Assembly: GCA_963676835.2 (NCBI GenBank)
Contig: CAXXFF010000002.1
Coordinates: forward strand, 768,001 to 832,000
Direction: 5' to 3'
Length of the DNA: 64,000 nt
From: Marispirochaeta sp.
GTDB lineage: Bacteria > Spirochaetota > Spirochaetia > JC444 > Marispirochaetaceae
Positions 40,739 to 49,721 of the stretch are shown here, in pieces. The notes under the pieces are model-generated. The model was given only the letters and a program-made list of their open reading frames with translations, was not told the DNA's origin and made no database searches. The translations under genes were made by a program, and so were the position numbers. Every line of letters begins with the position of its first letter. Within the stretch, counting starts at the first letter, position 1.

Positions 40739-41026
40739 TTATTCGAGACCGAAGTTCTTCATAATATTATCTGCAAGCATATCAATAACTGAATCATTGA
40801 TGTAATTCGGGTCTTCCAGTTTGCGCTTTACCTCTTCAACCCGGTCCATGCGGATGTCGGCGCTGTTTTTCACAGCTTCGCTGGCCTGATACAGTTCCGC
40901 CAGGTTTTTTGCTTCGGAAGAGACATTTACCGAATCTTTCTCGGTGCTCTTCTGCGGTTTAGAGGTTTTGCTGCCCTTATTAAGCTTTGAGATCGAATCT
41001 ATCGGTCCAAGACCCTCAATAGTCAT
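40739..41026 (-). CDS. flgM: Anti-sigma-28 factor FlgM
   Basis: DSVNVSSEAK and DIRMDRVEEVKRKL..Y; 95 aa. Confidence 0.85.
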   Translation of the reverse strand: MTIEGLGPIDSISKLNKGSKTSKPQKSTEKDSVNVSSEAKNLAELYQASEAVKNSADIRMDRVEEVKRKLEDPNYINDSVIDMLADNIMKNFGLE

Positions 41027-41029
41027 AGT

Positions 41030-41755
41030 TCATCCCTTCCTTTCACTGACATTATCGTCATATTCCTCATAAGATTGAGTAAAATTCCTTCCCTCAACCA
41101 TAATTGCGAACTCGCCCTTTATGCTGGCGCGCTTCTCCAGTTCTGTCAAGATCTCCCCGGGGCTTCCTGTAAGGAACTCCTCGTGGAGTTTGGTCATCTC
41201 ACGGCCTATGCAGACTCGCCGTTCCGGTGCAATCTCTGCAAGGTTCCGTACAAGCTTTATGATCCTGTAGGGTGACTCATAAAGGAGGAAGTTTTCCTCT
41301 CTTTCGGTCAGTTCCTTCAGTCTCTTTTTTCTCCGTCCCTCTTTCGGGCTTAAAAAGCCGTCAAAGATCACGGTTCGGCCGCCAAAACCCGCCGCGCTTA
41401 CCAGGGTTGCAAAGGCACTGGCTCCCGGCAGGGGAACCACCGTATGCCCTGCATTCCGTACCGCTCCAGCCAGTACCGCCCCTGGATCGCTGACTCCCGG
41501 GGTGCCTGCATCTGAAGCATAGGCTACATCCTGGCCGGAATCAAGAATTTCGATGATTCTGTCCGCGGCAATTGCCTCATTTCTGGACCGGCAGCTGATA
41601 AGCTGCTTCTGAATTCCGTATGCACTCAGCAGTTTCAGGGTATGCCTGGTATCTTCACAGGCAATAACCTCGACGGACTTCAATATATCCAGGGTGCGAA
41701 GGGTAATATCCCTCAGGTTTCCTATCGGTGTTGCTGCTATATAGAGGGTACCCAC
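41030..41755 (-). CDS. rsmI: 16S rRNA C1402 2'-O-methyltransferase
   Basis: ATPIGNLRDIT, CEDTR, SDAGTPGVSDPG, YESPYR, REMTKLHEE. Confidence 0.96.
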   Translation of the reverse strand: MGTLYIAATPIGNLRDITLRTLDILKSVEVIACEDTRHTLKLLSAYGIQKQLISCRSRNEAIAADRIIEILDSGQDVAYASDAGTPGVSDPGAVLAGAVRNAGHTVVPLPGASAFATLVSAAGFGGRTVIFDGFLSPKEGRRKKRLKELTEREENFLLYESPYRIIKLVRNLAEIAPERRVCIGREMTKLHEEFLTGSPGEILTELEKRASIKGEFAIMVEGRNFTQSYEEYDDNVSERKG

Positions 41756-41900
41756 ACCATCATTGTACTAAGAATCGGCACAAATTCCAATTCTTTTTAC
41801 CTCTTTTCCCTGTTCTGCCTCTTCTTCAGCCTCTGCTTCCTTGCGTCTAAAAAGTTTCCTTTTTCTGCCGAAAATTGATCTGGAGGCATATGGGGAGATC

Positions 41901-42317
41901 ATGGAACTGCTGATCCTGGGACTTTTAACGGTAATTATTGTTCTGCTCCTTTTTGTGTACCGCCGCCTCTCCGGGACTGGAACGGCCGGGCAGATCTCCT
42001 CTTCTTCCGAAAACAGCTCCGGAGAGGCGGGAAGAGGGCCGGGGGTGAAAAAAAGCCCCTGTCCCCTGTGTAAAACTCTGCTGGTGCCGGGAGAGCGGGT
42101 TAAGTCTGTGGTGTATCCAGGCAAGGGTGACCGTCTGGTGGAGATTTACGGCTGCCCCTACTGTTATCCCCCCAATCACCGTTACCCCCGCTACTGCCCC
42201 TCCTGCAAAAGGGAGCTTAATCAGGATGAGCTTGTATTTGCCCGCATGTTCGACACCTCCGGCAAGGCTCACATGCATGTAAACGGATGCCGGGTCTGCA
42301 TGCGCCGGTCTCCCTGA
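41901..42317 (+). CDS. Membrane-anchored hypothetical protein with four CxxC motifs
   Basis: N-terminal TM; CPLC, CPYC, CPSC, CRVC. Confidence 0.75.
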   Translation: MELLILGLLTVIIVLLLFVYRRLSGTGTAGQISSSSENSSGEAGRGPGVKKSPCPLCKTLLVPGERVKSVVYPGKGDRLVEIYGCPYCYPPNHRYPRYCPSCKRELNQDELVFARMFDTSGKAHMHVNGCRVCMRRSP

Positions 42318-42356
42318 TCTTGTAAGTTTCCTCAGGCGTATGCTACATTCCCTTTC

Positions 42357-44153
42357 ATGGAACAATACAGACGAACCGCTCATTGCGGACAGCTCACCCT
42401 TGCAGACGAGGGAAAAACCGTAACTCTCAACGGTTGGGTCCACAGAAACCGGGACCACGGCGGAGTACATTTTGTCGATTTACGGGACCGCTACGGTCTT
42501 ACCCAGATAGTTGTTGATGAGGATGCCGCGGAAGCGGTTCGGGAGCAGGCTGCTTCTCTGAAGTTTGAATACTGTATTGCTGTGGTCGGTACGGTCCGCC
42601 GCAGGCTGAATCCCAATCCCAACATCCCCACCGGGGAGATTGAAGTCAGCGCCGGTGAGATTCATATTCTCAGCAGCTGCGATGTTCTTCCTTTTATGGT
42701 TGATGAAAAGAGTGATGCCAAGGAAGATCTGCGGCTGAAATACCGCTACCTCGACCTGCGTTCCACCTCCATGCAGAAGAAGCTTAAGCTGCGTCACGAT
42801 GTTACCTTTGCCGTACGGGAGTTTCTTAACGGCGAAGGCTTTATGGAGATTGAAACTCCTACCCTTATAAAGTCCACCCCCGAAGGTGCCCGTGACTTTA
42901 TTGTCCCCAGCCGGATTCACCACGGCAAGGTTTACGCCCTGCCTCAGTCGCCCCAGCTTTTCAAACAGATCCTTATGGTGGGAGGCTGTGACCGCTACTT
43001 TCAGATAGCCCGCTGCTACCGCGATGAGGATGCCCGGGGTGACCGTCAGCTTGAGTTTACCCAGATCGACCTGGAGATGAGCTTTGTCTCCCGGGATGAC
43101 ATCTTTGCGGTAACCGAAGGCATGATGTCCCATATCTTTAAAAAGACCATGAACATGGAGCTGAATCTTCCCTTTCCGCGGATCGGCTACCACGACGCCC
43201 TGAACCGCTTCGGCTCGGACAAACCGGAGCTCCGCTTCGATATGGAGCTTCAGGATTTCGCACCTTTTGTCTCAGGTGTCTCAGGTGATTCAGGTGATTC
43301 AGGAGGAGGCGGTTTCAAGGTTTTTGAACAGGTGCTGGAATCCGGCGGTGCGGTCAAGGCCCTGGTGGCCAAAGGCTGCGGCGGCTACTCCAGGAAGCAG
43401 ATTACCGATCTGGAAGATGCGGCAAAAACCTACGGTGCCAAAGGGCTTGCCTGGATGAAGGTAGGTGATGACGGTATCGACGGCGGTATTTCCAAGTTCT
43501 TTACCGAAAAAGCCGCTGAGATTACTTCAGGTCTTGGTGCTGAAGCAGGAGACCTTATCCTGTTTGTTGCAGACAAGTGGCAGACTGCCTGTACTGCACT
43601 GGGTGCGGTTCGCCTTAAGGTGGGCCGTGATCTGGGTCTTATCGATCCGTCACGTTTTGCTTTCGCCTGGATTGTAGACTTTCCTCTCTTTGAATGGAAT
43701 GAAGACGAAGAGAAGTGGGATCCCGCCCACCATATGTTCACCATGCCCCAGGCTCAGTATCTTGATACCCTTGAATCCAACCCGGGAGATGTGCGGGCGG
43801 ATATGTACGATATGGTCTGTAACGGCTACGAACTGGCGTCCGGATCCATCAGGGTCCATGACCCGGAAATTCAGAAGCGGATCTTCTCTGTGGTCGGATT
43901 CAGCCAGGAAGAAGCTCAGAAGCGCTTCGGCTTTCTGCTGGATGCCTTCAAGTACGGGCCTCCTCCCCACGGCGGTATCGCCCCGGGACTAGACCGGCTG
44001 GTTATGATCATGGCGGGAGAAAACTCTATCCGCGAGGTAATCGCCTTTCCGAAGAATACCGTCGGCATCAGCCCCATGGATGAATCCCCGGCGGAGGGTG
44101 AACCGGAACAGTACCGGGATCTCGGTCTGCAGGTACTGCCGCAGGAAGAATAG
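42357..44153 (+). CDS. aspS: Aspartate-tRNA ligase, possibly non-discriminating (RDHGG)
   Basis: RLKYRYLDLR, STPEGARDF, LPQSPQLFKQ, GSDKP, GPPPHGGIAPGLDR. Confidence 0.98.
   Translation: MEQYRRTAHCGQLTLADEGKTVTLNGWVHRNRDHGGVHFVDLRDRYGLTQIVVDEDAAEAVREQAASLKFEYCIAVVGTVRRRLNPNPNIPTGEIEVSAGEIHILSSCDVLPFMVDEKSDAKEDLRLKYRYLDLRSTSMQKKLKLRHDVTFAVREFLNGEGFMEIETPTLIKSTPEGARDFIVPSRIHHGKVYALPQSPQLFKQILMVGGCDRYFQIARCYRDEDARGDRQLEFTQIDLEMSFVSRDDIFAVTEGMMSHIFKKTMNMELNLPFPRIGYHDALNRFGSDKPELRFDMELQDFAPFVSGVSGDSGDSGGGGFKVFEQVLESGGAVKALVAKGCGGYSRKQITDLEDAAKTYGAKGLAWMKVGDDGIDGGISKFFTEKAAEITSGLGAEAGDLILFVADKWQTACTALGAVRLKVGRDLGLIDPSRFAFAWIVDFPLFEWNEDEEKWDPAHHMFTMPQAQYLDTLESNPGDVRADMYDMVCNGYELASGSIRVHDPEIQKRIFSVVGFSQEEAQKRFGFLLDAFKYGPPPHGGIAPGLDRLVMIMAGENSIREVIAFPKNTVGISPMDESPAEGEPEQYRDLGLQVLPQEE
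43268..43303 (+). repeat. In-frame 9-bp tandem repeat within aspS
   Basis: TGTCTCAGG x2 then TGATTCAGG x2, encoding VSGVSGDSGDSG. Confidence 0.85.
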
Positions 44154-44213
44154 CAGGAACTCCTTGTTCCCGGCGGACACTATTGCTACCTTAGAAATAA
44201 GAGAGGTTAGTAT

Positions 44214-45302
44214 ATGTTTGCCGGGTTCCTGGAGGAATCGAAAATTATTGTCAGTCTGCTTATCCCCTACCTGCTGCTCCTTGGTGTTATCGGAGCAGGG
44301 TATCTGGGGGGGATTATTTTTTCCCGTATATTACGTCTTATTGTAAAAAGGTTTCCCTTTCATGCCCTGCCGGTCTATATCCGCTATATGCGGCAGCCGG
44401 TGCGGATCCTTGTCAGTCTTGTGGTTGTCTACCTGGTCAGCCGTTCCGCTTTTATTCCCGATCTCGATGAAGAGATTATTGCTTCTGTTCTTCGGATACT
44501 CTTTATTGCCGATGCCACCTGGATACTTTTAGGGATACTTCATGTAGGTGAAGCCTACCTGAAGAACCGGCTCCACCTGGATGCGGCGGATAATCTCAGG
44601 GCCAGAAAAATATTTACTCAGTTGGGGATTCTCAGGAGAATCAGCGCTTTTGTTATCGTGCTGCTTGGAACCGGAGTGCTGTTAACCAGCTTCGACGGAA
44701 TCAGGCAGTTGGGCACTACTCTGCTGGCATCGGCGGGAGTGGTGGGTATTATCCTCGGTGTTGCTGCGCAGAAAACCATCGGCCTGGTTCTTGCGGGCCT
44801 TCAGGTTGCCCTGACCCAGCCCATACGGATCGATGATGTACTTATTGTCGAGGGCGAATGGGGCAGGGTGGAGGAGATTGCCCTGACCTATGTGGTGGTG
44901 AAAATATGGGATGAACGGCGGCTGGTTCTGCCTATATCCTATTTTATCGAAAAACCCTTTCAGAACTGGACCCGCTCCAGCGCCCAGCTTATAGGCTCTG
45001 TGTATCTGTATGCGGATTTTACCTTCAATGTCGATCCTCTGCGGGAGGAGCTTGCCCGGATACTGCCGGAAATAGCTGAATGGGACGGCAGGGTCCAGGT
45101 TATTCAGGTTACCGACCTGAGCGAGCGTGGTCAGGAGCTGCGGGTGCTGGTAAGTTCCACCGATGCCCCGAAGCTCTGGGATCTTCGCTGTAAAGTCCGG
45201 GAAAGGCTTCTAACCTATATGCAGAAGAACTATCCGGAGAATCTGCCGCGCATACGGGCATCCCTTGAGAACAGGGTAAAAGAGGGTGAAAACCAATCTT
45301 AA
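44214..45302 (+). CDS. MscS family mechanosensitive channel
   Basis: LLASAGVVGIILGVAAQ, QPIRIDD..GRVEEI. Confidence 0.92.
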   Translation: MFAGFLEESKIIVSLLIPYLLLLGVIGAGYLGGIIFSRILRLIVKRFPFHALPVYIRYMRQPVRILVSLVVVYLVSRSAFIPDLDEEIIASVLRILFIADATWILLGILHVGEAYLKNRLHLDAADNLRARKIFTQLGILRRISAFVIVLLGTGVLLTSFDGIRQLGTTLLASAGVVGIILGVAAQKTIGLVLAGLQVALTQPIRIDDVLIVEGEWGRVEEIALTYVVVKIWDERRLVLPISYFIEKPFQNWTRSSAQLIGSVYLYADFTFNVDPLREELARILPEIAEWDGRVQVIQVTDLSERGQELRVLVSSTDAPKLWDLRCKVRERLLTYMQKNYPENLPRIRASLENRVKEGENQS

Positions 45303-45345
45303 GCTTGCCCCGGAAGTCAGGGGATGGTAATTTTTAAGGGTAGGA

Positions 45346-45663
45346 ATGCAGGAGGTGGAGCAGATGAAACCTGAAGACAAGGAAAAGATCAAGAAAGAGA
45401 TTAACGATGCCATCGACTCGGTAAACGAAACCTTAAAGAAGCTCAAGGAAAAACAGTCGGAGCTTGCAGGAGACGTAAGGAAAGAGCTGGATGCGAGGAT
45501 TGAAGTTCTTGAGGCAAAACGCAAAGAGCTGACAGAAAAGTCCCTTGAACTTGGTAAACATGCCGGTGAGGCTGTACGGGATATTGCCGATGGAGCACGC
45601 CTTGCAGCATCTGATCTTTTAGAAGGTGTCAGCACCGCCTGGAAAGAGTTCCGGAGCAAATAG
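45346..45663 (+). CDS. Small coiled-coil hypothetical protein
   Basis: Charged helical ORF; alternative start at 45364 after GGAGG. Confidence 0.7.
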   Translation: MQEVEQMKPEDKEKIKKEINDAIDSVNETLKKLKEKQSELAGDVRKELDARIEVLEAKRKELTEKSLELGKHAGEAVRDIADGARLAASDLLEGVSTAWKEFRSK

Positions 45664-45725
45664 CAGATTGAGCTTTTAAATTTGTCAGGAGCTTGTTAGA
45701 GAAGACAAATAGACGGGAACCGGCT

Positions 45726-47705
45726 CTAAAACCGCTGGTTCCCGAGAATTTTGATAATATAGAGTTTTATGTAGGTCATGAGGGGACCCTTTTTCTTTAT
45801 CTGATCAAGGGCTTCGTGCTCCGCCAGCTGCCGGGCCATATTTTCTATTCGTGAAAGATCCGGCGGTTTTACACGGAAATTTCTTTTTATCTTGCGAATA
45901 AAATCCCTTATCAGTGAGTTCACATCCTCAACAAGATTGGCTTTGGCCCTGGGGTCGTAGAGGGGGTTCCACTTCTCCGCCAGGCTTCCCAGGGATTCTT
46001 CCAGGGGGGCATCATCGCCGGTTATGCGCTGTTTCAGTTTTTCCAGAGCCTCTTTATAGTTTAAAAGCTCCTGCTTGCTGGTTTTTGCCTGGGAGCCTGA
46101 GGGGCGTTCGTGGAAATCCTCATCATGGGCATCGGCAAAGCTGGTTGAAACAAAGCCGTCGCCGTGGGAGCGTTTTTTTATCTGCGTAGATTTTTCCCGG
46201 GATTTCCGACCATTGCCGAAGCTGAAGAGACCGTTCAGGAATTTGACAACCCCAACAAAGAGAGGGATTGTTTTCCACAGGGGAACCTTGAACTTTGCAT
46301 CCCTGACCAGGTCATCACGCTTCAGGCCCAGAACCTCATCCAGGGGTTTAAGAGAGTGGTGCTGGGTATCAAAGAGTTCCTGGGTGGACTTTGTGGCATC
46401 ATAGCCGTAGTTTCCCGATTCCAGAGCAAGAAAGAGCAGGTCGAAGCGAAGAAGTCCGTGAAGCAGGGGATCCTCTCCTTTCAGCCGTTCTTCAAGATCC
46501 CGGATAAAGGCTTCGTCGGTTTTCATTTCGGGGCTTACCTTGTAGTTGTTCAGCATCAGGGTGAACATGTTCTGGTAATCCCGCTTGAAGAGTTCACTGG
46601 CGGCCCTGAGCTTTTTCAGGGTAAGGGGAATGAGCAGTTCCCGGTGAATGAAATACTCTTTATTGTTGGGTGTCCGCACCCGTACAATTTCTGCAAGTCC
46701 CTTTTTATCTTCCGCAGTGGTGAGCTTTCGGAGATAGGCATTAAGGTCGTCCAGGGAGAATTTTTTGGACAGGGGCATGCCGTTCTTGTCTTTAAATGAG
46801 TGAACCTCGTTAAAGGTGAAGTGATAGGGAACCTGACGGAAGCCCTGACGTACCTGCTTGAGGGCGGATTCCTTGTCTTTCTCCTTCTGGGAGATACTCT
46901 TGTAGTACATATTGTAGAGACCAAGAAGGTAGGCTGCCTGCATGTAGCTGTTCTCAAGGGCTGTACGGTTGTTCTTTTTGTTGTACTCCTGGATCATGGA
47001 ACTTGCCAGGTGGGTCCAGAACTGAAAGGAAAAATCCGTGGGCTCCAGGAGTGAGGCCATGGCCGTACGGGACTGGGTAAGAGCCTTGGAGAACATATCC
47101 TTGAGGCTTGCTTCCCGGTTGCGGAAGATTCCCCGCATTCGGCTCTGCATATATTCTGCATTGCGGTGGGTGTTCAGATAGTTGCGCACCTTGGCCACCG
47201 AGAGTTCCAGCAGTTTTGTTTCGATCAGGGTGGAGGTAGTCATTATTGAGGGAATGGTTTCGGGAAAGGTGAGCCGGACTATCTCCTGGTCATCCTTCTT
47301 TTTCAGGAATTCCACGAACTCGGTTTTAACATCCACAGACTCAAGAGCTGCATCGGGAATATTGAAGCCGGTGCTGCTGGTTGTTGGAAAGGGCTCTTCC
47401 GGTTTCTCTTCGACAACCTTATAGAGTTTCTGTATTTCGAAGTAGTAGTATTTCGGGTAAAAGATGGACTTGATACGGTCGTCCTGTTTGTCGAGGCTGA
47501 CAATGCCCTTTGCCGCAAGGCTTTCAAACTCCTTCTCCATGACATCGTCCTGGGCGAGTCTTTGATCCACCTCTTCCCCTTCACTGATAAGGCGCTCAAT
47601 GTACTTTTGTGCGTAGGCAGCGAAGGAGGTAAAATTGAAACGGGGTTTTCCCATACGCAGGGAGTAACCGCGGATTATGGTATTCAGATCATAACGGCCG
47701 GCCAT
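45726..47705 (-). CDS. Conserved hypothetical protein, 659 aa
   Basis: Long ORF downstream of parC; no motif recognised. Confidence 0.8.
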   Translation of the reverse strand: MAGRYDLNTIIRGYSLRMGKPRFNFTSFAAYAQKYIERLISEGEEVDQRLAQDDVMEKEFESLAAKGIVSLDKQDDRIKSIFYPKYYYFEIQKLYKVVEEKPEEPFPTTSSTGFNIPDAALESVDVKTEFVEFLKKKDDQEIVRLTFPETIPSIMTTSTLIETKLLELSVAKVRNYLNTHRNAEYMQSRMRGIFRNREASLKDMFSKALTQSRTAMASLLEPTDFSFQFWTHLASSMIQEYNKKNNRTALENSYMQAAYLLGLYNMYYKSISQKEKDKESALKQVRQGFRQVPYHFTFNEVHSFKDKNGMPLSKKFSLDDLNAYLRKLTTAEDKKGLAEIVRVRTPNNKEYFIHRELLIPLTLKKLRAASELFKRDYQNMFTLMLNNYKVSPEMKTDEAFIRDLEERLKGEDPLLHGLLRFDLLFLALESGNYGYDATKSTQELFDTQHHSLKPLDEVLGLKRDDLVRDAKFKVPLWKTIPLFVGVVKFLNGLFSFGNGRKSREKSTQIKKRSHGDGFVSTSFADAHDEDFHERPSGSQAKTSKQELLNYKEALEKLKQRITGDDAPLEESLGSLAEKWNPLYDPRAKANLVEDVNSLIRDFIRKIKRNFRVKPPDLSRIENMARQLAEHEALDQIKKKGPLMTYIKLYIIKILGNQRF

Positions 47706-47768
47706 CAGCTAATAATGCCCCTTATTCTATTATCTTTTACACTATTCAGGCACCTGTTAAGGTGCCTG

Positions 47769-49721
47769 CTACTTAGATTGTAGCCCGCTTTTACCATTAG
47801 AACCAGTGGAAAGGCGCACGAATTTCATGCTCTTGATTTCCTTTGCGGCCAGACGTACACCGCCGGCTTTAACGCCCTTTACCATGTAGTCATCCAGCAC
47901 AAAGGTCTCGCTGAGCTTTTTCATCCGGGGCTTCGGCTTGTAGTTTACCTGTACTCCCACTTTTTCATGCTGGGTTGTCAGTTTTATCAGGTCAGCTTCA
48001 TCGGGAACCAGGGAGTACCCTTTGTTGAGGATGTACTGCTCGATTTTTGTCCGCTTAAGGTAAGCGTAGCCGCTCTTTTTGTCCCGGTAGATAATGGAAA
48101 ATACCAGGTTTGACAGTCGGTCTTTTTCCGCCAGAACACAGGAGAGCATACCCTTGTCCACAAAGAGGCGCTCCGGAACATCCATGACTGAGTATCCTCC
48201 GGTCTGGCGGATGGCCAGTATACGGTCGTAGGGAGATACCTGAAAAAGAACCTTTCCGCTTTTTACCCCGTAGCCGAGATAGCCTGTGTCTGCATCGTAG
48301 CGGAGGTCCAGGTCCCGGTTGGCCGCTTCCCGTACATCAACCTTGTCGAAGGAGGTTATCTTGGAACGGCGGCTTGCATCCCCGCCGTACTCCTTCATTA
48401 TCTCTTCCAGAAAGCCCACAGCGTAGTCTGTGAGGTTTTTCAGGTGGTGCCGTACCTCTTTGAGGCGGGCTTCAAGCTCCTGCAGTTCCCGCTTGGCCTT
48501 TTCAATATCGTAGAGGGATATACGGCGGATGGGTATTTTCAGCAGCCGCTCAACATCCTCGTCGCTTACTTCCCGGCGGATTTCCGCCTGAAAGGGTTCC
48601 AACCCGGTGTGGACCGCTTTCATTACGCCGGCTGAGGTCTTCTCCTCTTCTATCCGTTTGTACACCCGTTCTTCGATAAAAATCCTTTCCAGGGTCCGGG
48701 CATGAATCTTGTCCTTGAGTCTGCCCTCTTCAATCTTCAGCTCTGCCTTGAGGATTTTTAGGAGAGAACCGGCGTGATATTCAATTATCTTTGAGATTGG
48801 AATGGGCACCGGTTTGTTGTCGATTATAAGCAGTGAGTTTACCGAGATGGATGTTTCACAGTCGGTGAAGGCATAGAGAGCGTCGATTACCTCCCCGGTA
48901 TGTACTCCCCGGGCGAGCTTGATCTCTATCTCCACGTTTTCCGCGGTATAGTCGCTGATGCCTGCAATCTTGAGCTTGTCTTTCTTTGCGGCGCTTTCAA
49001 TAGAGGTGATCAGGGTATCCGAGGTTGTGCCGAAGGGCAGTTCCCGGACTACAATTCGTTTGGGGTCGGAGGTGTCCAGCTTTGCCCGTACCAGCACCTT
49101 ACCCAGTCCGTCCTCATATTCCGCCACATCAATGATTCCCCCGGTGGGAAAATCGGGGTAGATAATCTGCTTATTGCCCAGCAGCGCCTGTTTTACCGCC
49201 TCCAGAACCTCGTTGAAGTTGTGGGGCAGTATCTTGGTTGCCATTCCCACGGCGATACCTTCGGTGCCCTGAATAAGGATAACCGGGATTTTGGCCGGAA
49301 ACACCACAGGCTCCTGGTTTCTTCCATCGTAGGAATCTTCATAGTCGGTTATTTCCGGCACATAGAGGACCTTCTTCGCCAGGGGCAGCAGACGGCACTC
49401 AATGTACCTGGCGGCAGAAGCGGGATCGCCGGTGTAGATGTTTCCGAAGTTTCCCTGCTTCTCGATAAACAGGTCTTTATTGGCAAGCACCACCAGGGCG
49501 CTGTTGATGGAGGCATCACCGTGGGGGTGGTACTTCATGCAGTGTCCCACAACATTGGCTACCTTGTGAAACTTGCCGTCATCCATCTCCAGCAGGGAGT
49601 GGAGAATCCGCCGCTGAACCGGTTTGAGCCCGTCCTCTATATTGGGAATGGCCCGGTCCTTGATTACATAGGAGGCGTACTCCATAAAGTTGATATCGAA
49701 GAGATTCTGTACGTATGCCAT
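47769..49721 (-). CDS. parC: DNA topoisomerase IV subunit A
   Basis: DGLKPVQRR, KYHPHGD, QGNFG, AARYIE. Confidence 0.93.
   Translation of the reverse strand: MAYVQNLFDINFMEYASYVIKDRAIPNIEDGLKPVQRRILHSLLEMDDGKFHKVANVVGHCMKYHPHGDASINSALVVLANKDLFIEKQGNFGNIYTGDPASAARYIECRLLPLAKKVLYVPEITDYEDSYDGRNQEPVVFPAKIPVILIQGTEGIAVGMATKILPHNFNEVLEAVKQALLGNKQIIYPDFPTGGIIDVAEYEDGLGKVLVRAKLDTSDPKRIVVRELPFGTTSDTLITSIESAAKKDKLKIAGISDYTAENVEIEIKLARGVHTGEVIDALYAFTDCETSISVNSLLIIDNKPVPIPISKIIEYHAGSLLKILKAELKIEEGRLKDKIHARTLERIFIEERVYKRIEEEKTSAGVMKAVHTGLEPFQAEIRREVSDEDVERLLKIPIRRISLYDIEKAKRELQELEARLKEVRHHLKNLTDYAVGFLEEIMKEYGGDASRRSKITSFDKVDVREAANRDLDLRYDADTGYLGYGVKSGKVLFQVSPYDRILAIRQTGGYSVMDVPERLFVDKGMLSCVLAEKDRLSNLVFSIIYRDKKSGYAYLKRTKIEQYILNKGYSLVPDEADLIKLTTQHEKVGVQVNYKPKPRMKKLSETFVLDDYMVKGVKAGGVRLAAKEIKSMKFVRLSTGSNGKSGLQSK

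Noticed and set aside
47747..47768. Hairpin CAGGCACCT-gtta-AGGTGCCTG after parC
   Set aside because: Probably a simple terminator or stabilising stem; it lacks a clear U-tract, so it is not listed as a feature
49063..49072. GGGTCGGAGG variant in parC, and TCTCCGTCCC at 41330
   Set aside because: Single-mismatch variants far from the nuclease are compatible with chance and were not counted
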